From contig JAHFCE010000006.1 in NCBI GenBank assembly GCA_023249675.1, forward strand, positions 72,325 to 136,324: a stretch of 64,000 bases of DNA, read 5' to 3'. The notes under the pieces are model-generated. The model was given only the letters and a program-made list of their open reading frames with translations. It was not told the origin of the DNA and did no database searches. The stretch comes from Elusimicrobiota bacterium. GTDB lineage: Bacteria; Elusimicrobiota; Elusimicrobia; UBA1565; UBA9628. Both the position numbers and the translations under genes were made by a program. Shown piece after piece: positions 54,607 to 64,000 of the stretch (position 1 is its first letter; every line of letters begins with the position of its first letter).

Positions 54607-56889
54607 ATGAGACAAGCCTCCTGGACTCGGCGCGCTTTTGCCGTCTTCCTCGCCGCAGCGCTGATCCATGTTTCGTTCGGATCGCAGGCTTGGTCCCAAG
54701 TCGTCTCCATCGGCGCCATCAACGCCCCCGTTGGAGGCTCCCCCGCCGCCGCGGTCGATCATTTTTCTTCCCCGGACAATGCCGCCGCTCTCAATTCCGT
54801 CTTCAATGCCGATCTCACCGGGAGTCTCTCGGCCCCCGGAGTCGCTCCGGTTGCGCTGCCGCTCGCGGCCCGCGCGGCGGCCGCCGTTCCCGCGGCCCTG
54901 ACCCCGACCGCCGTTTCCGTCGCGGCATCCCAAGACGCGGCCCCGCAGACCGTCCCCGTCACGCTCCAGGCCGGCCCCCGCACCGGCCGCATCGCGCACA
55001 AAGCCGCGGCGATCATCTCCGGCGTCCAGCGCGTCTTCTTTGGCAAGTCAGTCGAGGACGTCGGCGGCGCGCCGACGCTTCATCTCAGTCAATTCTTTCG
55101 CGGGGATTCCCAACCGGGCAAGCAGGACTATGAACGGCTTTACGCCCCCATCAATTATGTCCATCCCCCGGCCCCGCCCCGGCAGCCGAAAGAACCCGGC
55201 GGCAAGGGCAAGGGCTGGTTCGGCCTGGGTGCCCTCGTCGCCGCGCTCATCGTCCCCGCGTTCATCGGCGGCCTGCTCGTCATGCAGCTCGGTATCGAAG
55301 CGCAGGGTTCCGCGATGGCGAAACTCACCGAGGACGCCTTCGGCGACTTCTCCATTTTGGCCCAGGTCTCCATCTTCGCCAGCATCGGCAGCATCATCGG
55401 CCAGCAACTGGCCCAGTTCTTCAGCGCGCAGAAAAAGGTCGGGCTCACGAAAACCTTCTACGGCGCCCAAATCCTGCGGGCCGTCTCTCTCGGAGTCATG
55501 GTCCTCTTGCTTGGAACGGGCCTCATGCCCCTGCCGCTGATGTTCGTGTTCTACGCGGTCAATGGCGTCGTCACTGGCGTGGCCCTCACCGCCTTGGGCA
55601 CCTTGCAAAAGACTTTCCTGGATCAGCAAGGCGTCAGCCAGCAGACGTTCCGCGTCTGGTACCAGCTGCTCGCCGAGATCCTCGCCGTGCCCGCGCCGAT
55701 GGTCCTGGGCTCGCTCGTCTTAAAGTTCGGCGCCGGCTGGATCACCGCGCTCTACCCCGCCACGCTCCTCCTGAGCCTGATGGTGTTCCTGATGTTCAAA
55801 GTCATCCCGTGGGGTGAGGCAAACCGCATCGAGAACCAGGCCGCCCGCGCGATGAAGGCGGCCGCCCCGGCCCCGACTCCGGACGAGCCAAAGATCGGCG
55901 CCTGGAAGAAGATCAAGAACGCGTTCGGGCGGATCTTCGCGAGCATGGAAGAGGGAAAGGACTTCGTCTTCAAGAACGCCGTCCTGAAGTATGCGTTCCT
56001 GGGCGCCACGATCTTCGATCTGATGAACGTCCTCATCTACCGCCTCATCGCCCCCGGCTACGGCAAGCTCGTCGCCGGCTCGGCGGGAATGTCGGCGGTG
56101 CAAGGCAACATCGTCGGCATGTTCAGCCTCGGCGGGCTTCTGCTCGCCGCGACCTTGCTGATTCTCGAAAAGCGCGCCAAAAAGAAGAACAAGGGCAAGA
56201 GCGAAGCCGAGCTCGCCGCCATCGAGCGCGGCTCGATGCTGCGCTGGACCTTGCTCGGCGTCCCTGCCCTGGGCCTGCTCGGCGTGATGGCCTTCCACCT
56301 CGTGCTCCCGTTCGCCCCGGTCATGTTCATGGACGTCAACTGGGTTCCGAGCACGGTGCTCGCCGCGGCACTCATCCCGTTCGGCTTCATTCAGGTCGCC
56401 GCGTCGATCAAGCTCAATTCCTACTTCCAGGATCGGCTGCCCGCTGATTCCGCCAAGATCCAGAAAGCTCTCGCCTTCTCGGGCTCGGCGATGACAGCAC
56501 TCGTGATCATGCTCATGCTGGCGCTCAAGCCGCTGTTTGGCGACATCGCCTCGTTCAATCCGTTCCCCTACCTCGCCGCCGCCTTGATTCCTCTGGGCGC
56601 CGCGGTGTTCTACATCCAGCGCAAGCTCGCCGGCGCGACCACGCCCGACAACCTCCAGCTCGCCCCCGATGTCCCCGGCGAGAAAACGGCCGGAGGCTTC
56701 GTGGGCGCCCTGCTCGGCGTGATCGCCGCAGCCCTGCTCCTGAGCTTCATGGCCTTCATCCCCGGAATAACGGGCGTGCTGGCCGGCCTCGGCGTGCTGG
56801 GAAAGTTCGCCCTGCACCTGAGCGTGGCCTTGGCGCTTCCCGCCGCGGGCTGGTTGATCGACCGCGCGATCCGCAAGCGCTCTAAGTAG
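54607..56889 (+). CDS. hypothetical large polytopic membrane protein (signal peptide, about 200-aa Ala/Pro-rich extracytoplasmic domain, then about 12 TM; possibly MFS-like transporter)
   Basis: 760-aa ORF with a clear signal peptide and many hydrophobic helices; internal basic loop KRAKKKNKGK at the midpoint is typical of 6+6 transporters. Family not recognised. Confidence 0.6.
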   Translation: MRQASWTRRAFAVFLAAALIHVSFGSQAWSQVVSIGAINAPVGGSPAAAVDHFSSPDNAAALNSVFNADLTGSLSAPGVAPVALPLAARAAAAVPAALTPTAVSVAASQDAAPQTVPVTLQAGPRTGRIAHKAAAIISGVQRVFFGKSVEDVGGAPTLHLSQFFRGDSQPGKQDYERLYAPINYVHPPAPPRQPKEPGGKGKGWFGLGALVAALIVPAFIGGLLVMQLGIEAQGSAMAKLTEDAFGDFSILAQVSIFASIGSIIGQQLAQFFSAQKKVGLTKTFYGAQILRAVSLGVMVLLLGTGLMPLPLMFVFYAVNGVVTGVALTALGTLQKTFLDQQGVSQQTFRVWYQLLAEILAVPAPMVLGSLVLKFGAGWITALYPATLLLSLMVFLMFKVIPWGEANRIENQAARAMKAAAPAPTPDEPKIGAWKKIKNAFGRIFASMEEGKDFVFKNAVLKYAFLGATIFDLMNVLIYRLIAPGYGKLVAGSAGMSAVQGNIVGMFSLGGLLLAATLLILEKRAKKKNKGKSEAELAAIERGSMLRWTLLGVPALGLLGVMAFHLVLPFAPVMFMDVNWVPSTVLAAALIPFGFIQVAASIKLNSYFQDRLPADSAKIQKALAFSGSAMTALVIMLMLALKPLFGDIASFNPFPYLAAALIPLGAAVFYIQRKLAGATTPDNLQLAPDVPGEKTAGGFVGALLGVIAAALLLSFMAFIPGITGVLAGLGVLGKFALHLSVALALPAAGWLIDRAIRKRSK

Positions 56890-56902
56890 TATCGTATGAC
56901 CC

Positions 56903-57328
56903 ATGAAAATCCAGAAGATAAAGCAGTTCAGCGTCTTCATGCCCAACAAACCGGGAGCGCTCACGCGCCTCGCGGCTTTGTTCGCTGAGAAAGGCATCAA
57001 CATCCTCGGCATCGCCTCCGAAGTCCGCGACGACTCGGGCCTCGTGCGCATCGCGCTCGCAAACGACGCCGAAGCGTCGGCCGTTCTCTCGCACGCGGGC
57101 TTCTCGAGCGTGGAAACCTCCATCCTCTCCGTCGAAGTCGAGGACAAGCCCGGGGAGCTCCTGCGCGTGGCGGCCGCGCTCGCCGAGGGCAAGGTCAACA
57201 TCACGACGGTGTACGGCACGTCCGCCGAAGGCGGGAAAACCTCCCGGATCCTCATCGCGACGCAGAACACCGACAAGGCGCTCACGATCCTCGAGCAGCT
57301 CGCGAGCGGGCCTCCCGGCGCCGCTTAA
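56903..57328 (+). CDS. ACT domain-containing protein (tandem ACT)
   Basis: Two ACT-like beta-alpha-beta-beta-alpha-beta units (FSVFMPNKPGALTRLAALFAEKGINI and SVEVEDKPGELLRVAAALAEGKVNI). 141 aa. Confidence 0.7.
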   Translation: MKIQKIKQFSVFMPNKPGALTRLAALFAEKGINILGIASEVRDDSGLVRIALANDAEASAVLSHAGFSSVETSILSVEVEDKPGELLRVAAALAEGKVNITTVYGTSAEGGKTSRILIATQNTDKALTILEQLASGPPGAA

Positions 57329-57347
57329 AATTCGTTAAAATCCGGCT

Positions 57348-58202
57348 ATGTGCCGCCTCTTCGCGCAGGTCGCTTCGCAGCCCGCGTCCGCCCGGGACCT
57401 TCTCGTGGACGCGGAGTTCTCCCTGCTGCGCCAGGCCGACGCCGATCCGCAAAATCCCCAAAAAGACGGCTGGGGGCTCGCTTGGTTCGGAACTGCCGGC
57501 GAAGCGCACGTGGTCAAGAGCGGCCGGTCCGCGCCCGATGAGCACGCGCGCTTTACAGCCGCGGCCGATGCGGCGCGATCCTCTGTTATCCTTGGGCATA
57601 TCCGCGCCGCGTCAAAGGGCATCGGAATCGATGACGCACACGCACATCCTTTCAGCGATGAGGGCTGGGTATTCGCGCACAACGGGACTTTGTTCATCCA
57701 TCAGGAAGTCGCCGCGGCTCTCGGCCCCCGCCGCACGCGCCTGAAAACCGACAGCGACAGCGAGGTGTATTTCCAGCAATTCATGAAATTCCGGGCCGAG
57801 GGTGCTACGCCTTCAGCCGCGTTCGAGGCCTGCATCGCCGAGAACTGGCGGCTGTGGGACGCCTGCAAGTCCCGTTATCCCGAACTCGAGGCGCCCTACT
57901 CCAGCCTCAACGCGATCGCCTCCGATGGCAAAGCGATCCACGCACTTTGCCACGCCGCGCACCGCGGACGCGCCGAACACGCCGTCTGCCACCCGGATCA
58001 GCCTTGGTCGGTCATGAGCTTCACGACGCGCGACGGGCGCTTCGTGCTCGCAAGCGAGGGTGTCGACGGCAAAGAGTGGACGCGCCTGTCCCCGCCCGAG
58101 ACGATTTCAGCCGCGCCGTCCTCGACCGGCGTCGAAGTCCGCCGCCGTCCACTGAAGCTCGTCAGCCCGCTCGGTCCAGTTCCGGAGGCTTTCCAATCAT
58201 GA
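57348..58202 (+). CDS. class II (Ntn-type) glutamine amidotransferase domain protein
   Basis: Begins MCRLFA with the catalytic Cys at position 2 after Met removal, and has a GHIRAAS block, typical of GATase_2 / YafJ / EgtC-like proteins. Confidence 0.7.
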   Translation: MCRLFAQVASQPASARDLLVDAEFSLLRQADADPQNPQKDGWGLAWFGTAGEAHVVKSGRSAPDEHARFTAAADAARSSVILGHIRAASKGIGIDDAHAHPFSDEGWVFAHNGTLFIHQEVAAALGPRRTRLKTDSDSEVYFQQFMKFRAEGATPSAAFEACIAENWRLWDACKSRYPELEAPYSSLNAIASDGKAIHALCHAAHRGRAEHAVCHPDQPWSVMSFTTRDGRFVLASEGVDGKEWTRLSPPETISAAPSSTGVEVRRRPLKLVSPLGPVPEAFQS

Positions 58203-58801
58203 AATATGTCCTTATCGTCTGCGCGATCGCCGCGGCATCCTTCGTGGCCTATCAGACATTCAAGCCGGCGCCTCCTCCTCCGCCGCCCGCGGTCCTCTCC
58301 GAACCCGCGATCCTATCCGAACCCGCTCCCGTCATCAACGAGGCTGAGCAGGCGAAGATCCTCAAATTGGCCGAGGATCAGGATCCCGGCGTGCGTTGGG
58401 AGGCCGTCGTCCTGCTCGACAAGATGAAGTCGCCGCAGGCGATGCCGATCTTGTTCCACATGCTGCAAAAGGACCTCGAGCCGACTGTGCGGGTCAAGGC
58501 CGCCGAGCTGCTGGGCGGCCGGAGCGGCCCCGATGTGCTCAACGCATTGGTCGGCGCGCTGAAAGACCAGGAAACCGACGTGCGCCTGGCGTCGCTGCGC
58601 GCGATCGGGAAGATCGGCGACTACTCTGTGGCCGGGGTCATCGCCGCGGGCCCCGTCAAGGACCAAGAGGAAAGCGTACGCCTCCAGGCGCTCATGACGT
58701 TGAACGCGCTCCAGGACAAACGACAGGCCGAAATCGACGCCGCGCGCGCGCGCTACGAACAGGAAAAAGCGGCGGCGGCGGAAGCGTCCAAGAAGAGGTA
58801 A
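58199..58801 (+). CDS. HEAT-repeat (PBS-lyase type) protein with N-terminal membrane anchor/signal
   Basis: N-terminal hydrophobic segment MKYVLIVCAIAAASFVAY, then three or more HEAT-like repeats (DPGVRWEAVVLL ... EPTVRVKAAELLG ... ETDVRLASLRAIG ... EESVRLQALMTL). ATGA overlap with the upstream gene. Confidence 0.65.
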   Translation: MKYVLIVCAIAAASFVAYQTFKPAPPPPPPAVLSEPAILSEPAPVINEAEQAKILKLAEDQDPGVRWEAVVLLDKMKSPQAMPILFHMLQKDLEPTVRVKAAELLGGRSGPDVLNALVGALKDQETDVRLASLRAIGKIGDYSVAGVIAAGPVKDQEESVRLQALMTLNALQDKRQAEIDAARARYEQEKAAAAEASKKR

Positions 58802-58804
58802 ACC

Positions 58805-59797
58805 ATGGAACTCACCGGCATCAAGGAGCTCAATAAGAAGGTCGCCGACGAAAGCCTGTTCATCTCGGATCTCAAGCGGGAGATCGGCAAGGTCATCATC
58901 GGCCAGGACGAGACGCTCGACCGCATCCTGGCGGCGCTCGTCGCCGGCGGCCACGTCCTGCTCGAGGGGGTACCCGGCCTCGCCAAGACTTTGACCGTCA
59001 AGACCTTGGCGCGCTGCGTGCGCGCCACGTTCTCGCGCATCCAGTTCACGCCCGATCTCCTGCCCGCCGACCTCACGGGCACGCTCATCCTCGATCCCAA
59101 AACCGGAGACTTCAAGCCCCGCAAAGGGCCCGTGTTCGCCAACCTCGTTCTCGCCGACGAAATCAACCGCGCTCCCGCCAAGGTCCAGAGCGCTTTGCTT
59201 GAGGCGATGCAGGAGCGCCAGGTCACGATCGGCTCCGAGACACACGCGCTGCCCGACCCGTTTCTCGTCCTCGCAACTCAGAACCCCATCGAGCAGGAGG
59301 GAACCTACCCGCTGCCCGAGGCGCAGATCGACCGCTTCATGATGAAGATCGGCCTCGGCTACCCGACCAAGGCTGAGGAGAAGCTGATCCTCGAGCGCAT
59401 GGCCGGAGGCATCCTGCCGGAGGTCAAGGCCGTCGCGACGCCCGAACAGCTCCACCGCGCGCGCGCGGTCGCGGCTGCGATCTACCTCGATGAAAAAATC
59501 AAGGACTACATCGTGGACCTCGTCTACGCGACGCGCGAGCCCGAGAAACACCGCCTCGCCTCGCACAAGCATCTGATCGCCTACGGGGCCAGCCCCCGCG
59601 CCACGATCTTCCTGGCGCAGGCCGCGAAAGCCCATGCGTTCATCAACGGCCGCGGCTACGTGACGCCCGAGGACGTCAAAACGATCGGGCCCGACGTCCT
59701 GCGCCACCGCGTGCTCGCCAGCTACGAGGCCGAAGCCGAGGGCGTGGACAGCGACAAGATCGTCCGCGCCGTCTTCGAGGCCGTCGAAGTCCCCTAG
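58805..59797 (+). CDS. MoxR-family AAA+ ATPase
   Basis: Walker A LLEGVPGLAKT, Walker B VLADEINRA and the MoxR-specific C-terminal region. 330 aa. Confidence 0.92.
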   Translation: MELTGIKELNKKVADESLFISDLKREIGKVIIGQDETLDRILAALVAGGHVLLEGVPGLAKTLTVKTLARCVRATFSRIQFTPDLLPADLTGTLILDPKTGDFKPRKGPVFANLVLADEINRAPAKVQSALLEAMQERQVTIGSETHALPDPFLVLATQNPIEQEGTYPLPEAQIDRFMMKIGLGYPTKAEEKLILERMAGGILPEVKAVATPEQLHRARAVAAAIYLDEKIKDYIVDLVYATREPEKHRLASHKHLIAYGASPRATIFLAQAAKAHAFINGRGYVTPEDVKTIGPDVLRHRVLASYEAEAEGVDSDKIVRAVFEAVEVP

Positions 59798-60676
59798 ATG
59801 CTCCCGCAAGAAATACTCGCCCAGGTCCGGCGGCTGGAAATCGTCACAAGCCGCCTGGTCGCCGAGAGCTTTTCCGGCGACTATCTGAGCGTCTTCAAGG
59901 GGCGCGGCATGGAGTTCGCCTCCGTGCGCGCGTACGCGGAAGGCGATGACCCCCGCGACATCGACCGCAACGTCAGCGCGCGCGCCGGCTCGCCCTTCGT
60001 GCGCCAGTACGTCGAGGAGCGCGAACTCACCGTCGTCGTCGCCGTCGACCTCTCCGCGTCGCTGTCATTCGGCTCCGCCGAGCGCCTCAAGCGCGAGTCC
60101 GCGACGGAAATCGGCGCCGCTCTCGCCTTTGCCGCGCTCCAAAACAACGACAAGGTCGGGCTCGCCGTGTTCACCGACGGCATTGAACGCTGGCTGCCGC
60201 CGCGCAAGGGACGCCGCCATGTGCTCGCCGTCATCCGCGAGATTCTGGCCTACGAGCCGCGCGGCCGGAAAACGGCGATCGGGCCATCGCTGGAACGTCT
60301 GGCGCGTATGCTCAAGCGCCGCTGCATCATCGTCGTCATCTCTGATTTTCGGGACTCGGGATTTACGCGCGCGCTGAGGCTGTGCGCCCTCAAGCACGAA
60401 CTGATTCCCATCGTCATCGAAGACCCCCGGGAGTCCGCCTTGCCGGCGGCCTCAGCCATCGTTTCGGTCCGCGATCCGGAGACCGGCGCTACGGGCGTCT
60501 TCGACCTGCCCCAAGACGCCCCGGCGTTCGCGCGCGAGGAAGCCGCGCGGCGCGCGGAACTCGACAAGATTTTCCGCTCGAGCGGCCTTGAAGCCGTGAC
60601 CGTGACCACCGGCAAGCCTTCCCTCGATCCACTTCTCGCGTTCTTCCGCAAGCGAGCGAAGAGGAGAAGTCGATGA
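59798..60676 (+). CDS. DUF58 domain protein (MoxR partner, VWA-like)
   Basis: DUF58 conserved block GMEFASVRAYAEGDDPRDIDRNVSAR and VVVAVDLSASL. It sits immediately downstream of MoxR, as is typical. Confidence 0.85.
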   Translation: MLPQEILAQVRRLEIVTSRLVAESFSGDYLSVFKGRGMEFASVRAYAEGDDPRDIDRNVSARAGSPFVRQYVEERELTVVVAVDLSASLSFGSAERLKRESATEIGAALAFAALQNNDKVGLAVFTDGIERWLPPRKGRRHVLAVIREILAYEPRGRKTAIGPSLERLARMLKRRCIIVVISDFRDSGFTRALRLCALKHELIPIVIEDPRESALPAASAIVSVRDPETGATGVFDLPQDAPAFAREEAARRAELDKIFRSSGLEAVTVTTGKPSLDPLLAFFRKRAKRRSR

Positions 60677-61545
60677 CATTGTTGTCGTTGATATTTTTGC
60701 CGTTGATGCGGATATTGGCAGTGCCCGTGCTCGCTCAGCAGCCCCAGTGGGAGATCTCCTCTTCTTCCGTCGCCGTTCTCGCCGCAGAGTCGTCCGTCGT
60801 CTATCGCGGGGGGCCCGCGGGACTTAGGGCCGATGCTCAAGGCTCCAACACGAGCGATATCATCGTCGTTAAGGCCACGCAGCGAGACGGCGCCTGGGTG
60901 TGGACCCTCCTGCCCTTGTCAACGGGTCCCTTGTCGTTTGTCGCGCGGTACCAGGCGCCGGACGGCGCCGCCGTCGCCGCCCCGCCCATCTCTTTCACCG
61001 TGGCCGACGCCGAACTCCCGAACGAAGCGGATATCTCCGACATCAAGGGTCCGCTCAAAGCCCGTCCGGCCCTTTGGCCATGGCTCTTGGCCGCGCTCAT
61101 GGCCGCGGCCCTGTGGCGCGGCTGGAAACTCTGGAAGGCGCGCCGCCAAGCCTCTGCGCCGCCTCAGCGCGACGTTTCCGTCATGCCTCCAGAAGAAGTC
61201 GCCGCCCGCGCAATCTCGGAGTTACGCGCTTCCGGCCTCTGGGAACAGGATCAGGCCGCCTACTATCTGCGCCTGACCGACATCCTGCGCGCCTATCTCG
61301 AAGCCCGCTACGGCGCGCCCGTCACCGCGATGACAAGCGTCGAGGTCGAACGCCTTGTGAAGGCGCGCGCGCAGGATCTGCAGATCGGCGGCAAAGTCCG
61401 CGAATTGCTGACCCGCGCGGACCTCGTCAAATTCGCGAAAGCCAAAACCGCCCCGGAGGAAGGTCCTCTCGATGCGGGTCTGGCCCTGACTGTCATTGAG
61501 GCGACAACGCCCCGGGACTACACGGCGAAGGAGAAGGCGCCGTGA
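60673..61545 (+). CDS. hypothetical Bat-operon membrane protein (DUF4381-like: signal peptide, periplasmic domain, one TM, cytoplasmic tail)
   Basis: Positioned between DUF58 and BatA as in Bat/MoxR-VWA operons. TM helix WPWLLAALMAAALW. ATGA overlap. Confidence 0.55.
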   Translation: MTLLSLIFLPLMRILAVPVLAQQPQWEISSSSVAVLAAESSVVYRGGPAGLRADAQGSNTSDIIVVKATQRDGAWVWTLLPLSTGPLSFVARYQAPDGAAVAAPPISFTVADAELPNEADISDIKGPLKARPALWPWLLAALMAAALWRGWKLWKARRQASAPPQRDVSVMPPEEVAARAISELRASGLWEQDQAAYYLRLTDILRAYLEARYGAPVTAMTSVEVERLVKARAQDLQIGGKVRELLTRADLVKFAKAKTAPEEGPLDAGLALTVIEATTPRDYTAKEKAP

Positions 61546-62528
61546 GATTTCTGCATCCCTGGCTCCTGCTCCTGACGCTTCCCGTGCTCGCGGCCGCCGC
61601 CGCGGCGGTCTGGCGCCCAGGTGGGGGAAAACTCGGTCTGCCCGCGGGCGAGCGCCTGCGCGCGCGCCGGCCCACGCCGCGCGCGCGCGCGGCGCGCACA
61701 GCGCCGCCCGTCCTGCTTGCGCTGACCCTGTGCCTGATCGCAGCGGCCCTGGCCCGCCCCCAGAAAATCTCTCGGTTCATCGGCGGCGACGGCGCGGGAA
61801 TCGACATCATGCTCGCCATCGACAGCTCGCTGTCGATGAAAGCGGTGGACCTCAAGCCGACGCGCATCGACGCCGCCAAAACAACCGCCAAACGCTTCGT
61901 GCTCGGCCGCGTGCAGGACCGCATCGGCCTGACGACCTTCGGCGGAGCGCCTCTCCTGCTGTGCCCTCCGACGCTCGACTACGACGCCCTGCTCGGCCGG
62001 CTCGACGAACTCGACGCGGGCATGACCCGCGCCGAGGGCACCGCCCTCGGCGACGGCCTGGCCTCGGCCGTGTCACGCCTGAAAGACTCAAATGCCAAAA
62101 GCAAGGTCATCCTCCTGCTCTCCGATGGACGCGGCAACACCGGCGTGGTCGACGCGGTCACGGCCGCGAAAGCCGCGGCGTCCTACGGCATCAAGGTCTA
62201 CGCGATCGGCGTCGCCGGCAAGGGCGACTCTTCGATGACGATCGACGACCCGCGCTACGGCCTCGTGACCGTTCCCGTAACGGACGATCTCGACGAGGAG
62301 CTCTTGGCCGAGATCGCGCGCCAGACGGGCGGCAAGGCCTACCGCGCGCAGGACGGCGGCGAGCTCAAGACTATCTTCGCGACCATCGACCGTCTTGAAA
62401 AGTCCAAAGTGACTCTGCCGAAGATCGCGGCGGTTGGCGACCTTCACTCCTGGCCGCTGGGAGCGGCGCTGCTGCTCCTGCTGCTTGAGTCGGCGCTGAG
62501 CGCGGGCCCGTGGCTGAGGTGGCCCTGA
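61542..62528 (+). CDS. batA: VWA domain protein BatA
   Basis: Two N-terminal TM helices, VWA MIDAS motif DIMLAIDSSLSM, and LLSDGRGNTG. GTG start overlapping the previous stop. Confidence 0.85.
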   Translation: MRFLHPWLLLLTLPVLAAAAAAVWRPGGGKLGLPAGERLRARRPTPRARAARTAPPVLLALTLCLIAAALARPQKISRFIGGDGAGIDIMLAIDSSLSMKAVDLKPTRIDAAKTTAKRFVLGRVQDRIGLTTFGGAPLLLCPPTLDYDALLGRLDELDAGMTRAEGTALGDGLASAVSRLKDSNAKSKVILLLSDGRGNTGVVDAVTAAKAAASYGIKVYAIGVAGKGDSSMTIDDPRYGLVTVPVTDDLDEELLAEIARQTGGKAYRAQDGGELKTIFATIDRLEKSKVTLPKIAAVGDLHSWPLGAALLLLLLESALSAGPWLRWP

Positions 62529-64000
62529 TGTTCCGCTCGCCCGCTTGGCTCGCCGCCGCGCTCCTCGTCCTCCCCGCGGCCTGGGCGCTGCTCCGCTGGG
62601 CCGAGGCCCGTCGCCACCTTGTCGCCGAGGCGATGGGCCGCAGCGCGACGCTCAAACGCACGGACAGCACCGCCCCCTCGCGGCGCAGCGCTGGCCTCCT
62701 GCGCCTGGCCGCAACCGCCTTCCTTCTGCTCGCGCTCGCCGGACCGCAGTTCGGCATCGAGCTCGTGGAGACGCGCTCCGACTCGCGCCAGGCGGTGATC
62801 GCAGTCGACGTCTCGCTCTCGATGCTGACGCCGGACGTCAAGCCCAACCGCCTCGAGCGCGCGAAGTCCTCGCTGTCTTTGCTCATCGACCAGCTGCGCG
62901 GCGAGCGCATCGGAGTCGTCGCGTTCGCGGGCGACGCGCAGACCGTCTGCCCGCTCACGCAGGACGCCGACGCGGCCAAGCGGCTGCTCGGCGCGCTCGC
63001 GATCGGCGCGGTGCCCACGCCCGGCACCGCGATCGGCGGCGCGCTGCGCGCCTCGGTGGCTCTCCTCGGCCGCTATCCGGGCGGCAAGGCCGTGATCCTG
63101 CTCACCGACGGCGAGGATCACAAGTCCGACCCACTGGGCGCCGCGCGCGAGGCCGCCGCCGCCGGCGTGCGTGTTTTTACGGTCGGCATCGGCACTCCCG
63201 AAGGCGAGCCGATCCCGGCCGAGAGCGGGGCCTATCATAAAGACGCCCGGGGCGGAACGGTCGTCAGCCGCCTGGATGAGAGCACGCTCGCCATGATCGC
63301 GCGCGAGACCGGCGGCGCCTATTACCGCACCACGCCCGGTTCCGACGAGATCGCCGACATCGCCAAACGCGTCCGCGATCTCGACGCGGCCAAGGGCGTC
63401 TCCGGTACGACGAACCTGTGGCGCAACCGCTACGCCTGGCCGGCATCCGCGGCCTTCCTGCTCCTGCTGCTCGAGCTGATCCTTCCTTCGCGCGCCGCCA
63501 TCCTCGCCGCGCTGGTTTTGCTCGCGACGGCCGAACCTTCAGCCGCGGCCACGGCGGAAGGCAAGCTCCGCGCGGGCAATCAGCTCTACGCCAAGGAACA
63601 GTACGCGACGGCCCTCGAACGCTACGGTGAGGCCGCCGCAAAAAAACCGCGGGACCCGCGCCCGTCGTTCAACGCGGGCGACGCCCTGTACCGCCTCGAC
63701 AATATCGAGGATTCGGGCGCGGCGTTTCAGTCCGTGGCCGAACGCCGGGACGTCACCCCCGCCGTGCGAGCGGCGGCTTTATACAACCTCGGCAACGCCC
63801 GTTTCAGGAGCGGGGACTTTCCGGCGGCCGCGGCCGCCTTCCGCGCCGCGCTCGCGCTGTCTGCGTCCGACGCGGACGCGCGCCGCAACCTGGCCGTGAC
63901 GATCAAGAAGCTCAAGAACCCGCCGCCGCACAAGAAAGCCGGTCAGGACAAGAAGGACAAGTCCAACGGCGGGGGCGGCGAGAAGGATCAGCCGAAAAGT
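62528..64000 (+). CDS. batB: VWA plus TPR fusion protein (BatB/BatC-like); 3'-truncated by the window end
   Basis: Frame verified by hand to be open from ATG 62528 to the window end (491 codons). MIDAS DVSLSM, LLTDGEDH, a second TM segment about aa 300, then TPR-like repeats. The tabulated 62545-63240 ORF is the wrong frame. Confidence 0.8.
   Translation, partial: MFRSPAWLAAALLVLPAAWALLRWAEARRHLVAEAMGRSATLKRTDSTAPSRRSAGLLRLAATAFLLLALAGPQFGIELVETRSDSRQAVIAVDVSLSMLTPDVKPNRLERAKSSLSLLIDQLRGERIGVVAFAGDAQTVCPLTQDADAAKRLLGALAIGAVPTPGTAIGGALRASVALLGRYPGGKAVILLTDGEDHKSDPLGAAREAAAAGVRVFTVGIGTPEGEPIPAESGAYHKDARGGTVVSRLDESTLAMIARETGGAYYRTTPGSDEIADIAKRVRDLDAAKGVSGTTNLWRNRYAWPASAAFLLLLLELILPSRAAILAALVLLATAEPSAAATAEGKLRAGNQLYAKEQYATALERYGEAAAKKPRDPRPSFNAGDALYRLDNIEDSGAAFQSVAERRDVTPAVRAAALYNLGNARFRSGDFPAAAAAFRAALALSASDADARRNLAVTIKKLKNPPPHKKAGQDKKDKSNGGGGEKDQPKS

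Noticed and set aside
62545-63240. Tabulated 231-aa ORF inside batB
   Set aside because: It is the wrong frame. The hand-checked +1-offset frame from ATG 62528 is open to the window end and encodes VWA (MIDAS) plus TPR motifs.

Overview
This is a high-GC (roughly two-thirds G+C by eye) bacterial chromosomal segment, densely packed with about 60 protein genes and one tRNA. Most of it is conserved housekeeping and transport.

The main genes, in order along the window, are:
- A minus-strand operon of a PtsN-like PTS EIIA, an APC-family transporter fused to a universal-stress domain, peptide deformylase, methionyl-tRNA formyltransferase and a PASTA-domain protein.
- Uroporphyrinogen-III synthase and a thiolase.
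- A phosphopantetheinyl transferase overlapping an acyl-CoA carboxylase carboxyltransferase subunit.
- An orphan OmpR-type response regulator and release factor 3 (prfC).
- An Opp-type ABC peptide-uptake operon: two ATPases, three tandem paralogous family-5 substrate-binding proteins and two permeases, with an OPT-family oligopeptide transporter inserted in the middle.
- A fatty-acid CoA ligase, a CCA-adding enzyme with an HD domain, leucyl aminopeptidase and GTP cyclohydrolase I.
- A small CDGSH iron-sulfur protein and a membrane protein.
- An islet of about 2.7 kb immediately upstream of tRNA-Gly(CCC). It carries an AbiEi/AbiEii-like nucleotidyltransferase toxin-antitoxin pair, followed by a second, uncharacterised two-gene module (a 108-aa basic protein plus a 228-aa nucleotidyltransferase-fold protein). 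The second module is flanked by 11-bp direct repeats, and the islet has clear sigma70-type promoters and palindromic operators.
- A SpoIID/LytB protein with TPR repeats, ribose-5-phosphate isomerase B, a fused transaldolase/phosphoglucose isomerase and a KdsC-like phosphatase.
- A 1904-aa secreted Kelch/fibronectin-III giant protein ending in a T9SS-type C-terminal sorting domain and translationally coupled to a PorV/PorQ-family outer-membrane protein; a second PorV-like paralog sits at 6918-7745.
- An ArnT/PMT-type glycosyltransferase, an RDD protein and a large polytopic membrane protein.
- A Bat-like (MoxR-DUF58-BatA-BatB) aerotolerance-type operon, preceded by ACT, class II glutamine amidotransferase and HEAT-repeat genes and running off the window end.

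No CRISPR array, rRNA or obvious IS element was seen. The most novel-looking content is the double nucleotidyltransferase module islet at the tRNA, the OPT transporter embedded in an ABC operon, and the giant Kelch/T9SS-cargo-like protein with its PorV partner.
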